DNA of 64,000 nt from Nitrososphaerales archaeon (GCA_965197925.1 CBDAOC010000020.1:672001-736000), one strand, 5' to 3'; counted from the stretch's first letter, positions 38,670-51,291 are shown. Notes: generated by a model from the letters alone, not told the origin. Numbers and translations: made by a program.

Positions 38670-38891
38670 TTAACGGATGTATGGATTTCTAACAGACAAA
38701 CTCACATTTTCCCCTAACAGTAGGAGATTAAGATATCATCCTCCATTAATGAAAAAAAGGAATGAATTAAATCGCAAGTTGTACAATATGATGTGGCTTA
38801 TTCCTTCATGATTTCATCTAGTAATAAAAATTACTCTTTTTCAAAATATTCTATGTATTACAAAAGTCTTCTATCAGCATCAAGTTTGAAG

Positions 38892-39007
38892 TGGGCCCGG
38901 AGGGACTCGAACCCACGATCTGCGGTTCCGAAGACCGCCGCCCTAATCCTCTCTAGGTCATGAAAACATACTTTTACATTTCACATGACTAGCTAGGCTA
39001 CGGGCCC
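38892..39007 (-). tRNA. tRNA-Arg(UCG) with a 40-nt D-loop intron (38951-38990)
   Basis: Acceptor stem GGGCCCG/CGGGCCC; anticodon arm GCGGT-CTTCGGA-ACCGC; T-loop TTCGAGT; BHB at the intron junctions. Confidence 0.93.
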
Positions 39008-39393
39008 AACAGCTAATTTATCTTGGCCTAATATTTTAGTGATTTGGCAATATATTGTTATTATAAATATGGTAATAGCCTATTATGGCAGATACATATC
39101 CTCCATCTTAATTTTATATTGTTAATCAATCAATCTAAAGAAGGAATATACTGTATATTCAGCCTTCTTCAACTTATTAGAGATATAGCAAACCATGAAA
39201 TTCACAGTAGGAGAAACACTACGAAAAAGAACCTTCGAACAAGAAGGTTGTTGTATAGAATCTAGTTGGATTAGAGACTGTAGGCAATGATTTCAAATAC
39301 TTAAACTCGTTCAATCATGTGGTCAGTTTTTCATTTCTGGTTAACATTATGTCATAAGTTATGGTTACGTCATTGATTGTTTTTGTAATGGTT

Positions 39394-40200
39394 TCACGAA
39401 GCTAGGTCATTTACATTATATGAATCAGAATTGTTAGGTAATCCTACATGAACCGAAACACATGTGAGGCGGCCTTGCTGGACAAACCTCGTTTTGATTT
39501 TTTCTTGGTTTGACAGTACCACACAGCTATCAAGCTTGTTTCTAATGTGTTTGACCTCTTCGTTGGGTGGACTAGCCAATAGCATTTGAAGTAATATTTT
39601 CTTATTATCTTAGTTGGAATTGATATAGTAGCAATGACAAGTCAAAATACTATTATTGGGTCGACATAGAGAGAGGCTTCCTTCCAACCGATTTCTGATA
39701 ATATAAATGAAATTACAAATGCAAAAAGTATAGCGCCATTAATGACACTTTACCTTCCAGTTTTTAACATCAACTTCTATTAGAGGGTATACAATCTGTC
39801 TGTAAAAATAACGTAACCAAACCATTGTTGCGACAAATCTTAAAGTTGCTAGCGCAGAATACAAAATTGCCTATCCTAAAGAAAGTTGAGAACCACCACT
39901 AAGTAAACTTTTAATTGTTAATACTAACGCCATAATGGAAATACTTAGAACCGAAAGTCTCTTGATTATGTTGATAAGCGGTTCAAAAGAATAATACCAG
40001 AATTGAAATCGTTCAGTTTCTCCTTTTTCAATTAGTAAAAAAATCTTCAAGGTTACAATTCCTAACACAAGTGTAATGAAGTTGAATATTCCATCTAGTG
40101 AAATTGCATCTGAATTAGTAAAAAGTGCAAAACTAATTCCAAAACCAACCATAGAAATGCTACCTCAAAGTGAAATTTTCAATACGGCCTTCTTGTTCAT
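39394..40200 (-). pseudogene. Cation diffusion facilitator (CDF) transporter, multiply disrupted
   Basis: SDAISLDGIF, RFQFWY.SFEPLIN and LYVDPII motifs with several stops and frameshifts. Confidence 0.75.
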
Positions 40201-40346
40201 TCCTTCTGGAAAGTGGTTGTACAACTTTTAAAATGTTATATCCAAGACACTTTAGTTTGGTGTTTTGAAAATACATTGTCAAAGAAATTGTTTAAGTTAT
40301 GGCATCCGTATATTAGATCTGCAATTTATTGAAAGGACAGGTAAAT

Positions 40347-41438
40347 GAGGCATGGGCATTATTCCATATAACAAAAATAACTTGATGCCTCTGATTGATT
40401 AACTTCCCAACATGTGCTTCAATGCCCTTAATGGTCTTCCTGTCAAGTAGTTATAGTATACCATCAGCTGGTATAGCAATATAGAAATCAGAACGATGCT
40501 CCTAGCTTTATCGAACCCTCTAACTGGCAATGGATCTATGGTAAATACATCCTTCATATGCTCTATCAATGGCTCAACGCTTATGCTCCTCCGAGAATAT
40601 ACATGCTGTCCAAATTCAGATTGATAGAACTGCAGCAATGCCAGTCTATTATTATCTGTAGTATGCTTGTACCTTTCCAATGGGAATACTGGATACCCTC
40701 TATACCTGCTGAAATCACATAACTTGTGATCATCATATCCTTCATCTCCTACAACATACCTTACCATTCCTGTAGGCAATGAAGATGTTATGCTTTCATA
40801 CATCTTGTTATCAGTAATGTTAGCTGTTGTGAAATCAGCTGATAATGGAACTATCAACGAACCTGTGCTACATGCTAGATGCATCTTGTATCCGAATACC
40901 CATCCCTTGGTTCTGCTGTAGCCCCATCGAGCATCTGTATCTATACCGGAGCGTGGCACTTCATTCTTCTTCATGCTAGATTTGTGCCATACATGTCCCT
41001 TTGCTTTCAACAATGAACTGTCAACGGATACTAATGGGTCTACCAACCCATCTTTTATGAAGAGCATACCCATAGCACCTATCCTTGATCTTATGTCAAT
41101 TGATACGGCCTTGACCTTCTGTCGAATGTTCTTCTGTCTGGCAACCTATCAAGACCACATGCCTTCATTACCTTCCTGTTGTATGGCATGTCTATCGAAA
41201 AGTATTGATGTAACACATTGTTGCTTGGTATTCTTACCCATACTCTAACGATGAAGCATCTCACCATAACTGTAGGAGAATTGTAGAATGGTCTACCCCT
41301 TTTCCTATTAGGTTTTGACTAAGGAATCACGTCAATCAAAAATAATATACGAAGAAGTATGGAGTCTGAGCTAAACATATCAACAATGAAAAATGGAACC
41401 TGATCTTATCGTTTCGAACTAAATTACGCCCAAGCCTC
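40347..41438 (-). mobile_element. IS family A copy 3 with an intact 8-bp TSD
   Basis: TIRs present; aggtaaat at 40339-40346 and 41439-41446. Confidence 0.95.
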
Positions 41439-41858
41439 AGGTAAATAGAACATTATTGTTTTGGTAACCTTCGGATTCTAACCTAATATTGTCCAATTTA
41501 CCGAAGAAATTCCAAACGACGAGATACTCAAGGAGAGAAAAGATATTAGCATCAAAAGTTGTCTTGACAATTTTAGTGGTAATTGAAATGGACGTCCATC
41601 CAACTTTGTAGTTATGTTTAGACAGCATTCTATATCAGGAGACCTACTTCCTACTCGCTTAACAAAAACATGTCAATAGTGATCAAGAGGTCAATAGAGT
41701 AAGAGGTATGTCAAATAACGATTTAGCAAATAACTTTTGAAGTTCATCATATAATTGGAAAGTTGGATTAACATTTACTTATTTCTTCAATACCTATATC
41801 TTATAATCTTCAAACAACAATCAAGTAAAGTAAGGTACCTAATTCTTTAATAGTTCAG

Positions 41859-42455
41859 GTGCATGGTGGTATAATAATGGCTTTGTTATTTGAAGTGGCT
41901 CATTACAAAATAATTACCAGTGCATTATTACCAATGGTAAGAATTAGATTAAGAGTTACAAATGAGACAGGGAAGCAGTTTAGTGCTGGTATGATTGTAT
42001 GTGATGTTTATCTTGGCAAGTCAAAGTCACAAATTGCAGATCTACCCTACTTAACTACGTCTGTCTCTACCAGTAATGTTTGGGTAAGTTCTGGTAATAG
42101 TTTTGAAGTTCAACTTAATATAGCTTTTTCTCAAGAAATATTGTATAGACTTGATAAGCTAATAGAAACACAAGATGATGTACGCTTAAACCTTCACCCA
42201 CATGTCCAGATCTTCTATCTGGATCAACAAGGCAAAATCGAACAAACTGCTAGTGATACAGGTATATGCAATTTTGAAATCAAAATGAGCGACTGGACCA
42301 AAATAGCCTATGATTGGGGTAAAGATATGGTCTTGGTACCCATGTCACCAGAAACACATGAAAGAATAAAAGAACTTTTAAAAACCAATAAGCATTTGAA
42401 AAACATAGATGAATTAATGAAGGAATTAATGGACGTACACTCAAACCAGAGTTAG
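41859..42455 (+). CDS. Hypothetical protein with a DUF6084-like layout
   Basis: Intact ORF; beta-rich N-terminal region and ribbon-helix-helix-like C-terminus; family assignment from memory only. Confidence 0.65.
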   Translation: MHGGIIMALLFEVAHYKIITSALLPMVRIRLRVTNETGKQFSAGMIVCDVYLGKSKSQIADLPYLTTSVSTSNVWVSSGNSFEVQLNIAFSQEILYRLDKLIETQDDVRLNLHPHVQIFYLDQQGKIEQTASDTGICNFEIKMSDWTKIAYDWGKDMVLVPMSPETHERIKELLKTNKHLKNIDELMKELMDVHSNQS

Positions 42456-42541
42456 ACCTTATATGATCACCTATGTAGATAGTAGGTAAAGTACCGGCGT
42501 AGGTAATTGACTGATTTGTCTGCGAGATACAATATGTAGTT

Positions 42542-43636
42542 GAGGCATGGGCATTATTCCATATAACAAAAATAACTTGATGCCTCTGATTGATTAACTT
42601 CCCAACATGTGCTTCAATGCCCTTAATGGTCTTCCTGTCAAGTAGTTATAGTATACCATCAGCTGGTATAGCAATATAGAAATCAGAACGATGCTCCTAG
42701 CTTTATCGAACCCTCTAACTGGCAATGGATCTATGGTAAATACATCCTTCATATGCTCTATCAATGGCTCAACGCTTATGCTCCTCCGAGAATATACATG
42801 CTGTCCAAATTCAGATTGATAGAACTGCAGCAATGCCAGTCTATTATTATCTGTAGTATGCTTGTACCTTTCCAATGGGAATACTGGATACCCTCTATAC
42901 CTGCTGAAATCACATAACTTGTGATCATCATATCCTTCATCTCCTACAACATACCTTACCATTCCTGTAGGCAATGAAGATGTTATGCTTTCATACATCT
43001 TGTTATCAGTAATGTTAGCTGTTGTGAAATCAGCTGATAATGGAACTATCAACGAACCTGTGCTACATGCTAGATGCATCTTGTATCCGAATACCCATCC
43101 CTTGGTTCTGCTGTAGCCCCATCGAGCATCTGTATCTATACCGGAGCGTGGCACTTCATTCTTCTTCATGCTAGATTTGTGCCATACATGTCCCTTTGCT
43201 TTCAACAATGAACTGTCAACGGATACTATGGCTGGGTCTACCAACCCATCTTTTATGAAGAGCATACCCATAGCACCTATCCTTGATCTTATGTCAATTG
43301 ATACGGCCTTGACCTTCTGTCGAATGTTCTTCTGTCTGGCAACCTATCAAGACCACATGCCTTCATTACCTTCCTGTTGTATGGCATGTCTATCGAATAG
43401 TATTCATGCAAAGCATTGTTGCTTGGTATTCTTACCCATACTCTAACGATGAAGCATCTCACCATAACTGTAGGAGAATTGTAGAATGGTCTACCCCTTT
43501 TCCTATTAGGTTTTGACTAAGGAATCACGTCAATCAAAAATAATATACGAAGAAGTATGGAGTCTGAGCTAAACACATTACCAATATGAACTAGAACCTG
43601 ATCTTATCGTTTCGAACTAAATTACGCCCAAGCCTC
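42542..43636 (-). mobile_element. IS family A copy 4
   Basis: Nearly identical to copy 3; TIRs present; flanks do not match each other. Confidence 0.95.
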
Positions 43637-44313
43637 ACTTAATTAGTAACTTATTAACAACGAATTCAGATACGACTTCTGTAGTACCTTTTGCATTTAC
43701 CATACGCCAGGCCATAATATCTAAAAATACAAATGAAATTTTTAATACTTGTGTACCTCAAAATATTAGTCAAAAATACTGAGTGTGAGATATGGTATAA
43801 ATTTTCAACTTGACAGCGAGGTAAACCAAATCACAACAAAGTACTTATTTTACTGAGGATTATCCAGAAAAATTTGATTTATCATTAATGAGTAGGCTAG
43901 GTTGCCTTGCCAGGTTGGTGTTAAAGAAGATAAAAGAAATGCATAGTCCTTTGTGTCAATAAGTCTTATAATCTCTTTCCTCATTGTTCTGTTATTAGTT
44001 CGGTATGACAATAGTAGTTCTAACTCTAGGCTCCTGACTCCTATGTTTTTAAAATATTATGAGGGATTATTTATCTCCATTTTTTATAAAAGGCAAATAT
44101 GAATTTGCAGACATGTGAATGTCATTACCTTGACTTTAGTGAAAGCTCTTCCCAAAAGGAAGCATATACATATTCTAGATGATTTAATAATAAATTACCA
44201 TATTAGTTCAACTCTCTAGTTATAATTAACGTCTTTGGCCTGAATATCGCATTTGATCTCATAAAAGAAGTAAAACTTTATTTCTAATATATTGATAATT
44301 TATCAAACTCGTC

Positions 44314-44808
44314 ATGAAAAGGAAGACTCAGATTCTTGTGATTGGATATAACAGCAATTCATGCTCACGCAAGGCTTATGATATTGCTTACAGCGTAGGT
44401 AGAGAAATCGCTAAAAGGGAAGCAGTGTTAATAACAGGTGGACTAGGTGGTGTAATGGAGGCAGCAAGCAAGGGTTCAAGTGAAAATAATGGAATGGCAA
44501 TAGGGATAATTCCATTTGACGATCTTGATTATGCGAACAAGTATTGTGGTATAGTGGTGTGTACGGGAATTGGTTTTGCAAGGAACTTCATAACTGCTTA
44601 TTCTGCGGATGGTGTGATAATTGTTGGGGGAGGCATTGGAACATTGATAGAAGCTGGTGTTGCCTATATGAAGGAGAAGCCTATAGTAGCGATGTTTGGA
44701 AGTGGGGGAATTGCTGACAAGTATGCCGGTAAATATCTTGATGAACGAAAACTTGTGAAGATACTTGCAGCTAAGACCCCTAAAGAAGCAATGGACATCA
44801 TTCTTTAG
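44314..44808 (+). CDS. TIGR00725/LOG-like Rossmann-fold protein
   Basis: TGGLGGVMEAASKG, ARN and GGGIGTLIE. Confidence 0.88.
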   Translation: MKRKTQILVIGYNSNSCSRKAYDIAYSVGREIAKREAVLITGGLGGVMEAASKGSSENNGMAIGIIPFDDLDYANKYCGIVVCTGIGFARNFITAYSADGVIIVGGGIGTLIEAGVAYMKEKPIVAMFGSGGIADKYAGKYLDERKLVKILAAKTPKEAMDIIL

Positions 44809-44835
44809 ATCATGTTGAATCTGTTAACTTATAAT

Positions 44836-45711
44836 CAACTGATCCCAAAACTGATCATTTAGTGAATAATTGACGATCATTTGGATCTATTTGCAATGCT
44901 GCCCGTAGCAGATCATGAAATTTCAGGAGATAACAGGTGAACAATGGAAGATGATATCACCGCATCTCCCCAAGCCAGCCAGAACCGGAAGGCCAAGGGC
45001 AGACGACAGAAAGACAGTCAACGGAATCCTGTTTGTCGGGATAACAGGATGCAGGTGGACTGGGATGTCACAAAGGTACGGCTCCAAATCAACTGCGCAC
45101 CGCAGACTGCAGAACTGGCAGCGACGTGGAATATGGAAGAATATCCTCTCCGCTGCAGTCAAATCAGCCCACAGATCAGGCAAGATGCAGCTGCAAAAAA
45201 CGGTCGATTCGTCATCAGTTCCGGCCAAAAAAGGGGAAGCGTCATAGGATACAACGGATTCAACAGGATTTCAGGCACAAAAATACACGTTGCGGTGGAA
45301 CAAAACGGACTGCCAGTCTCAGTAGTGATGGGTCCTGCAAATCAGCATGACTCCCAGACTTGTAGACGTGATGGATGGCATCTCACAATATCTGGATGAG
45401 AGATCTATCAGAAAAATTGCGCGGTGCCAAGCAGACAAGGGCTATGATGCAGAATTCATCAGGAAATACCTCACCAAAAGAAAAATCTCTGACTGCATAC
45501 CTTACAGAAAAAACAGTAAGACACAACAACAAAATGATGATACAGAACAATACCTATACGGCAAGACGCGCTATGTTGTGGAGAGATTCTTTGCCTGGTT
45601 GAAGAATGGGTTCCACAACCAGGATCAGATATGAGAAGAATGCACAAAACTATCTGGCATTTGTTATCATTTCGTCGATTATGATGTATTGGAGAGTATT
45701 GGGATGACTTC
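44836..45711 (+). mobile_element. IS5-family element C2 with 3-bp TSD aat
   Basis: Near-identical to C1; aat on both sides; private frameshifts in orfB. Confidence 0.93.
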
Positions 45712-45952
45712 AATTTCAATAAGTTTCAATGATCAAATCAATGGTATTGCTAATCGAGTATGAAACTAATTCATACTTCAATTGGCCTCACAATGCGTCT
45801 AGTGCTTCAGAGATTATCATATATCAATTTGAACTTTTTACTTTTATCAATTAATAATAAGAGATCTAATTTTATTAATTGAAAAGATTATGACCATTAT
45901 CCATATCTCTAGTTTCATAATTCTGTATGTTTATTGGGCACTATTGTTAACG

Positions 45953-47104
45953 CTATACATCAATACCTGCTATTTTTAGTAATGTTTGATCAGGTTTGTA
46001 AAAACCACCATATTTTTTCGCAGCCTCATTCAATTCGGTTACTATCTGTGCAAACCCAAACTTTTCTGCAAGGGGGAATAGACCCTCCTTCAATCCAAGA
46101 CCAAACTTTGTTGCTCTGTCTATGTCTTCTCTATTGCTAACCCCATTAGTTATCAACCAACAAGCATTATTAACAGCAACTCCAAGTAAACGCAGAGGAT
46201 TGTGATGTTCAGAGTCCTCTGGAGTTAGTCTAACCCTCCCAAATGTACTCCCCTCATACTCGTAAAAACCCTTACCAGACTTTTGACCGTAATTACTTTC
46301 ATTAAATAACTTCTCAACAACTGGATGTGGACTAATTACGCCTTTGTCTCTAGAAAACATCTCCTGCGTTGCATTGTGTACAACATCTATCCCGGTATAA
46401 TCGGCGAGCTCAAATATCCCCATAGGGAATCCTAGTTTGAATTTTATAGACGCATCTATTTCAGTCATCTTCGTATTATCTCTCTCAAGCGACCATGCAG
46501 CCTCGTGAATAAGGGGAATGAAGATCCTATTAATAATGAAACCCGCAACATCTTTCCTGCATAATACGGGTTCTTTACCAACATTCTTGACATATTCGAT
46601 AGTTGCATCAATCAGATCTCTCTCAGTTTGAGCTCCAGGTATCACTTCAACTAGCCGCATCAGTTGTGGGGGGTTAAAGAAGTGTATTCCAATGAATCTT
46701 GTGGGTCTCGTCGTAACCTTTGACAATTCTGTAATCGGTAACGTACTAGTATTTGATGCAAATACAGTCTTACTTGATGCAAGTTTATCAAGATCTGAAT
46801 AAACCTTCTTCTTCAAATTCATATTCTCCGGTACAGCTTCAATCACAAGGTCACTGTCATCAAGAGACTCTTTTAAATCAACATTTGTCTTTATATTATC
46901 CACGATCTGCTCAGATTCTTCTTTTGAAATCTTCCTCTTTTCCACAAGTTTATCTAGACTCCATATGATCTTCTCCATTGCTGTGTCAAGAAACTTTTGA
47001 TCTATGTCGCGTAAAGTTACTTTATAACCAGCCATTGCAGAAACTTGTGCAATACCATGACCCATCACTCCAGCACCAAGCACGGTTATCCTTTTAATAT
47101 TCAT
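45953..47104 (-). CDS. 3-hydroxyacyl-CoA (3-hydroxybutyryl-CoA) dehydrogenase
   Basis: GAGVMGHGIAQ, IEAVPE, SNTSTL, GIHFFNPP and GFIINR. Confidence 0.93.
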   Translation of the reverse strand: MNIKRITVLGAGVMGHGIAQVSAMAGYKVTLRDIDQKFLDTAMEKIIWSLDKLVEKRKISKEESEQIVDNIKTNVDLKESLDDSDLVIEAVPENMNLKKKVYSDLDKLASSKTVFASNTSTLPITELSKVTTRPTRFIGIHFFNPPQLMRLVEVIPGAQTERDLIDATIEYVKNVGKEPVLCRKDVAGFIINRIFIPLIHEAAWSLERDNTKMTEIDASIKFKLGFPMGIFELADYTGIDVVHNATQEMFSRDKGVISPHPVVEKLFNESNYGQKSGKGFYEYEGSTFGRVRLTPEDSEHHNPLRLLGVAVNNACWLITNGVSNREDIDRATKFGLGLKEGLFPLAEKFGFAQIVTELNEAAKKYGGFYKPDQTLLKIAGIDV

Positions 47105-47508
47105 GAATGTACACCTGTAAGATCAGATAGTTTTTAAAATTGTCTATGTAAGATAAAGAATTATTCCCAATTCGAGTTCATATAAATGGGAATATTATTG
47201 TATTAGGTTTACACTCATCATAACTTAATTAATACATTTGAAATTGTATTAACCAAACTTCTAACCGATAATTACAAACAGTTCTCTCTACTTTCAAGAG
47301 TATCTTTAGTGAACATGGGAAGGCAGTCAAATGGAAGAATATGTTGAAGGAACTGATGCTGAAGGCTTCCAGATACAACATGTTCATTGCAGTGAACCCA
47401 AAAGGGGTTGGATAACTGCTATAATATGGTAATTATTTGACACAGCAATTTTATTGATACGATTTAATTACAAAATTTAAATTATGAGGAAAGAATGAGA
47501 AAGATAGA

Positions 47509-49045
47509 TTGGATCTTGAGAAGTTCACTCGAGATGTGAACGTTGTCACATACAAGTTATGCATGAATGAAGATGAGCTTATCTTGCAGAGGGTAAATTT
47601 CGTCAAAGAGAGGCTGATTGATCTCTATAAACACAATTTGGTAAAAATAAATCACTCCGTCATGGAGCTTATCTGCGCTAAGCATTTAATAAAATATGGT
47701 TATGAGGTCGATGTCGAACGACATCTTTCAGATACATTAGTTTGTGATGTTTATGCTACGAAAGGGGACGGAAGTATTGTGGTTGAAATCGAAACAGGTT
47801 TTACTCCCCCGGAACATGCACTAGATCCTATTACCAACTCATCTCAAAACCCTACAATACATCAAAAATGATGCAGGATTAACAAATGCCAGGTAGTTTT
47901 CTGCCGTTCTTTCATACCTGGTTCTTGTTCTGTGAAATCCATTCTTGAGCCATGCAAGGAATCTCTCAACTACAAATCTTGTCTTGCTGTAATGTTTGTA
48001 ATCATTATTTTGCAAGATGAACTTGGAATTTATTTTGTATGGGATGCAACATGCAATATTTCTATCCCACAAATACATTCTGATGTATTTTGCATCATTT
48101 TGTCTGCATAAACTGGTTCTATCTGTTGTATTGAATCATCATCAAGATAGTCTGAAATTGATTCTATAACATCCATGCATTTTGTACTGTCATGTTCATT
48201 TGCTGGACTCAACAGTATGGATATTGGAAATCCGTTACCCTCTACTGCGGCATGTATTTTTGTACCTGTTATTCTCTTGAATCCATTATATCCAGTTACA
48301 TTGCCCCTTTTTTATCAGGAATGGATGAAGAGTCAACTGATATTTTTTGTAGATTAATTTTGCCAGATTTATGTGCTGAGTGAATAGTACGCGATAGAAT
48401 CTTTTTCCAGATTCCTTTTTGTTGCCATTTGTTTAACCTTCTGTTTGCAGTAGAATCATCACCATATCTTTTTGGCATATCGTCCCATCGGCATCCAGTA
48501 GTTAGAACATGGATTATTCCGTTAATGATTTTTCTATCATAATCCCTAGGCCTGCCAGTTTTTGCATGTGGTGGTATGTGTGATTCCATCATACTCCACT
48601 GTTTGTCTGATAATTCTTGGAATTTCATAAAATAATTTTAGATGTCGCTATTCATAGATCTAAATGGCCGCTAAAAATTGTCTAAATGGTTAGTTTTGAG
48701 ATGAGTTGTACTTATTATGTTACAAAAATTGCCAGTAAAATAACTAGATACAGCCAATATGCAAATAAATTTGCTTTGGCTACACCAATAATGAGTATTC
48801 TTCCTTTACCTGAAATCTTTTTGAAACTACCGAGGAATAGGAGACCCATAGAGACAAATAAACTCAAGGTATTGTGTGATAATTATTACAAGAATCCCGC
48901 CCTAGACACACCCACGATGGCTAATGCACGTCTCCATGCAGTTTATTTGATAAACATAGATGAAACAAGAATCACGGAGTTAGATCCTGACACCTATCAG
49001 GGACTTGTGGATGACCTGAACAGTTCGTCGGGATTTCGAGTATAG
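47509..49045 (+). pseudogene. Hypothetical gene interrupted by an IS5 element
   Basis: Removing the IS and one TAC restores the frame ...HALDPITYYVTKIASK... Confidence 0.88.
47835..48708 (-). mobile_element. IS5-family element C3 (diverged relative of C1/C2), TSD tac
   Basis: Perfect TIR caactcatctcaaaac / gttttgagatgagttg; tac at 47832-47834 and 48709-48711; AAAAAAGGGG frameshift site. Confidence 0.95.
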
Positions 49046-49393
49046 TATATCAAAGATATGCGATGAGCAAAAATAATTTTATGTTAGTTATCTAATCAAA
49101 AATGCAAGATGATTAACCGATAAGAATCGAGAGACTAGGGTGGCTCTGATCTGAATAATATTGAATTTTCCAGTGGTATAATATATGATTGTAGAATCTT
49201 ATAGAACACCAACTATAGCGAGTTGACGTAATATAGGATGTGAACCTAAACAAGGACATGGAGGAAGTAGATAGTCTTATCATTTTCGAGTATTATAGAA
49301 TTTTTTCATATATCATGAATGAATTTCACATTTTGCGTCCAATTTTTACAAACTATACTTTTAATTCGTGAGCTTACAAGTTATATAGTTTTA

Positions 49394-50230
49394 ATGGGGG
49401 CAAACAAACAATTGAAGAAAATAGGTATTATTGGGTGTGGAACTATTGGCTCTGAACTAGCTAGGACAATAAATGCAACAAAAATAAACGCAAAACTGGT
49501 TTCCTTATTTGATATAAACCTAGATGCTACAAGAAAACTTGCAAATAAACTTGATATCAAAGTCGTTGTTGCAAAGTCAATAGATGAATTTTTATCGGTT
49601 GATACAGATATTGTTTTAGAATCAGCCTCACAGAAAGCTGTATGGAATTATGCGAAGATCGTGTTGGAACGTGGTATGGACATTATGATAATGAGCGAGG
49701 GTGCATTACTAAACAGGAGATTGTACCGTGCGGTTATCGATACTGCTGAAAAGTATGATGTAAAAATCTATCTTCCGACAGGTGCGATTGGTGGGATAGA
49801 TGCTATCAGAAATGTGAAGAGTATTCTTGCTGAAGTAAAACTTACAACAACAAAGAATCCCAAAGGTTTTGAAGGTGCACCGTTTTTTGATACGCATAGA
49901 ATAGATCTGAAAAATATTAAAAAACCAACAATTCTCTATGAGGGAAAGGCCTTGGAAGCTGTGAAACTGTTCCCCGCAAACGTGAATGTAGCAGCAATAT
50001 TGAGTTTGGCAGGTATTGGAGGAGACAAGACGAAAGTTAGAATTGTGGCTGATCCAAAATCAATTATGAATGTGCATGAAGTATCTGCCAAGGGAAAATT
50101 CGGTGAAATGTATTTCCAGTTCAAAAACTTCCCCAGCCCTGTGAATCCTAAGACAAGTTATCTTGCAGTACTTTCAGCGGTAGAATGTCTGCGCTCTATT
50201 TGCAACGATAGAGTGAAAATAGGAACTTGA
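49394..50230 (+). CDS. nadX: L-aspartate dehydrogenase
   Basis: GCGTIG, GAIGGID, FPANVNVAA and NPKTS; adjacent to nadA. Confidence 0.93.
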   Translation: MGANKQLKKIGIIGCGTIGSELARTINATKINAKLVSLFDINLDATRKLANKLDIKVVVAKSIDEFLSVDTDIVLESASQKAVWNYAKIVLERGMDIMIMSEGALLNRRLYRAVIDTAEKYDVKIYLPTGAIGGIDAIRNVKSILAEVKLTTTKNPKGFEGAPFFDTHRIDLKNIKKPTILYEGKALEAVKLFPANVNVAAILSLAGIGGDKTKVRIVADPKSIMNVHEVSAKGKFGEMYFQFKNFPSPVNPKTSYLAVLSAVECLRSICNDRVKIGT

Positions 50231-50325
50231 ATCCAAAAATCTAGGCAATTATCGCATGCTAATTTAATCTGTTAGACAACCAATCCCGCCATTATATCCG
50301 TTTAAATATACTTTTTTGAAGTCCA

Positions 50326-51291
50326 ATGGTAATGGAAAACAATTCTCTAAAGGATAGGATACTGTACTTAAAGAAGCAGAAAAATGCAATAATCTTGGCA
50401 CATAATTATCAAATACCGGACGTGCAGGATGTAGCAGATTTTGTAGGAGATTCTCTAGGTCTTTCACAACAGGCTGCGAGTGCAACTGAAGAAATTATTG
50501 TGTTTTGCGGAGTGCACTTCATGGCAGAAACAGCATCGATAATATGTCCTGACAAGAAGGTATTGATACCCGATACAGAGGCAGGATGCTCGTTATCTGA
50601 TACTATAGATGCGGATGAATTGATGAAATGGAAAGAAGACTATCCTAATGCTGTAGTTGTTGGATATGTTAATACAACAGCTGATGTGAAGGCAATGTGT
50701 GATTACTGTTGTACATCAAGCAACGCCGTAAAGGTCGTTAACAGCATACCTGCAGACAGGACTGTGTTATTCCTGCCTGACATGTTCCTCGGCGCCTATG
50801 TAGCTGAAGTTACTAATCGAAAGAATATGTTCATCTGGCCGGGAGAGTGCCATGTGCATGCCGGCATACGACCAGAGATGATAAATAAGATGTTGATGAT
50901 GCACAAAGGAGCTGAATTCCTGATACATCCAGAATGTGGTTGTACAACTTCAATGATGTATTACTATGGTAAGGGTAATGGTATGGATAATGAAAATTGT
51001 AATAATGTAAAGTTTTTCTCAACGGAAGGTATGATGAAACAAGCAAAGAATTCGAATGCTAAGAAATTCCTAATTGCAACAGAAACAGGGATCCTATACC
51101 GAATGCAGAAGGAGAATCCAGATAAGAAGTTCATACCCATGAGTGAAAATGCAATATGCAAGTTCATGAAGATGATCACTCTAGATAAAGTTTTAAAGTC
51201 CCTCGAAGAAATGGTATATGAGGTCAAGGTGCCTGAGAGTACTGCAGCGAAGGCGAAATTAGCGATAGACAGGATGCTTGCTATAAATTAA
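50326..51291 (+). CDS. nadA: Quinolinate synthase
   Basis: ILAHNYQ, FCGVHFMAE, AGCSL, CHVH, HPEC. Confidence 0.96.
   Translation: MVMENNSLKDRILYLKKQKNAIILAHNYQIPDVQDVADFVGDSLGLSQQAASATEEIIVFCGVHFMAETASIICPDKKVLIPDTEAGCSLSDTIDADELMKWKEDYPNAVVVGYVNTTADVKAMCDYCCTSSNAVKVVNSIPADRTVLFLPDMFLGAYVAEVTNRKNMFIWPGECHVHAGIRPEMINKMLMMHKGAEFLIHPECGCTTSMMYYYGKGNGMDNENCNNVKFFSTEGMMKQAKNSNAKKFLIATETGILYRMQKENPDKKFIPMSENAICKFMKMITLDKVLKSLEEMVYEVKVPESTAAKAKLAIDRMLAIN

Noticed and set aside
35389..38892. Integrated element at the tRNA-Arg 3' end
   Set aside because: No duplicated tRNA 3' end (att site) or integrase found by eye
40347..43636. Composite transposon carrying the 41859-42455 gene
   Set aside because: Copy 3 has its own TSD, and the outer flanks (aggtaaat vs acttaatt) do not match
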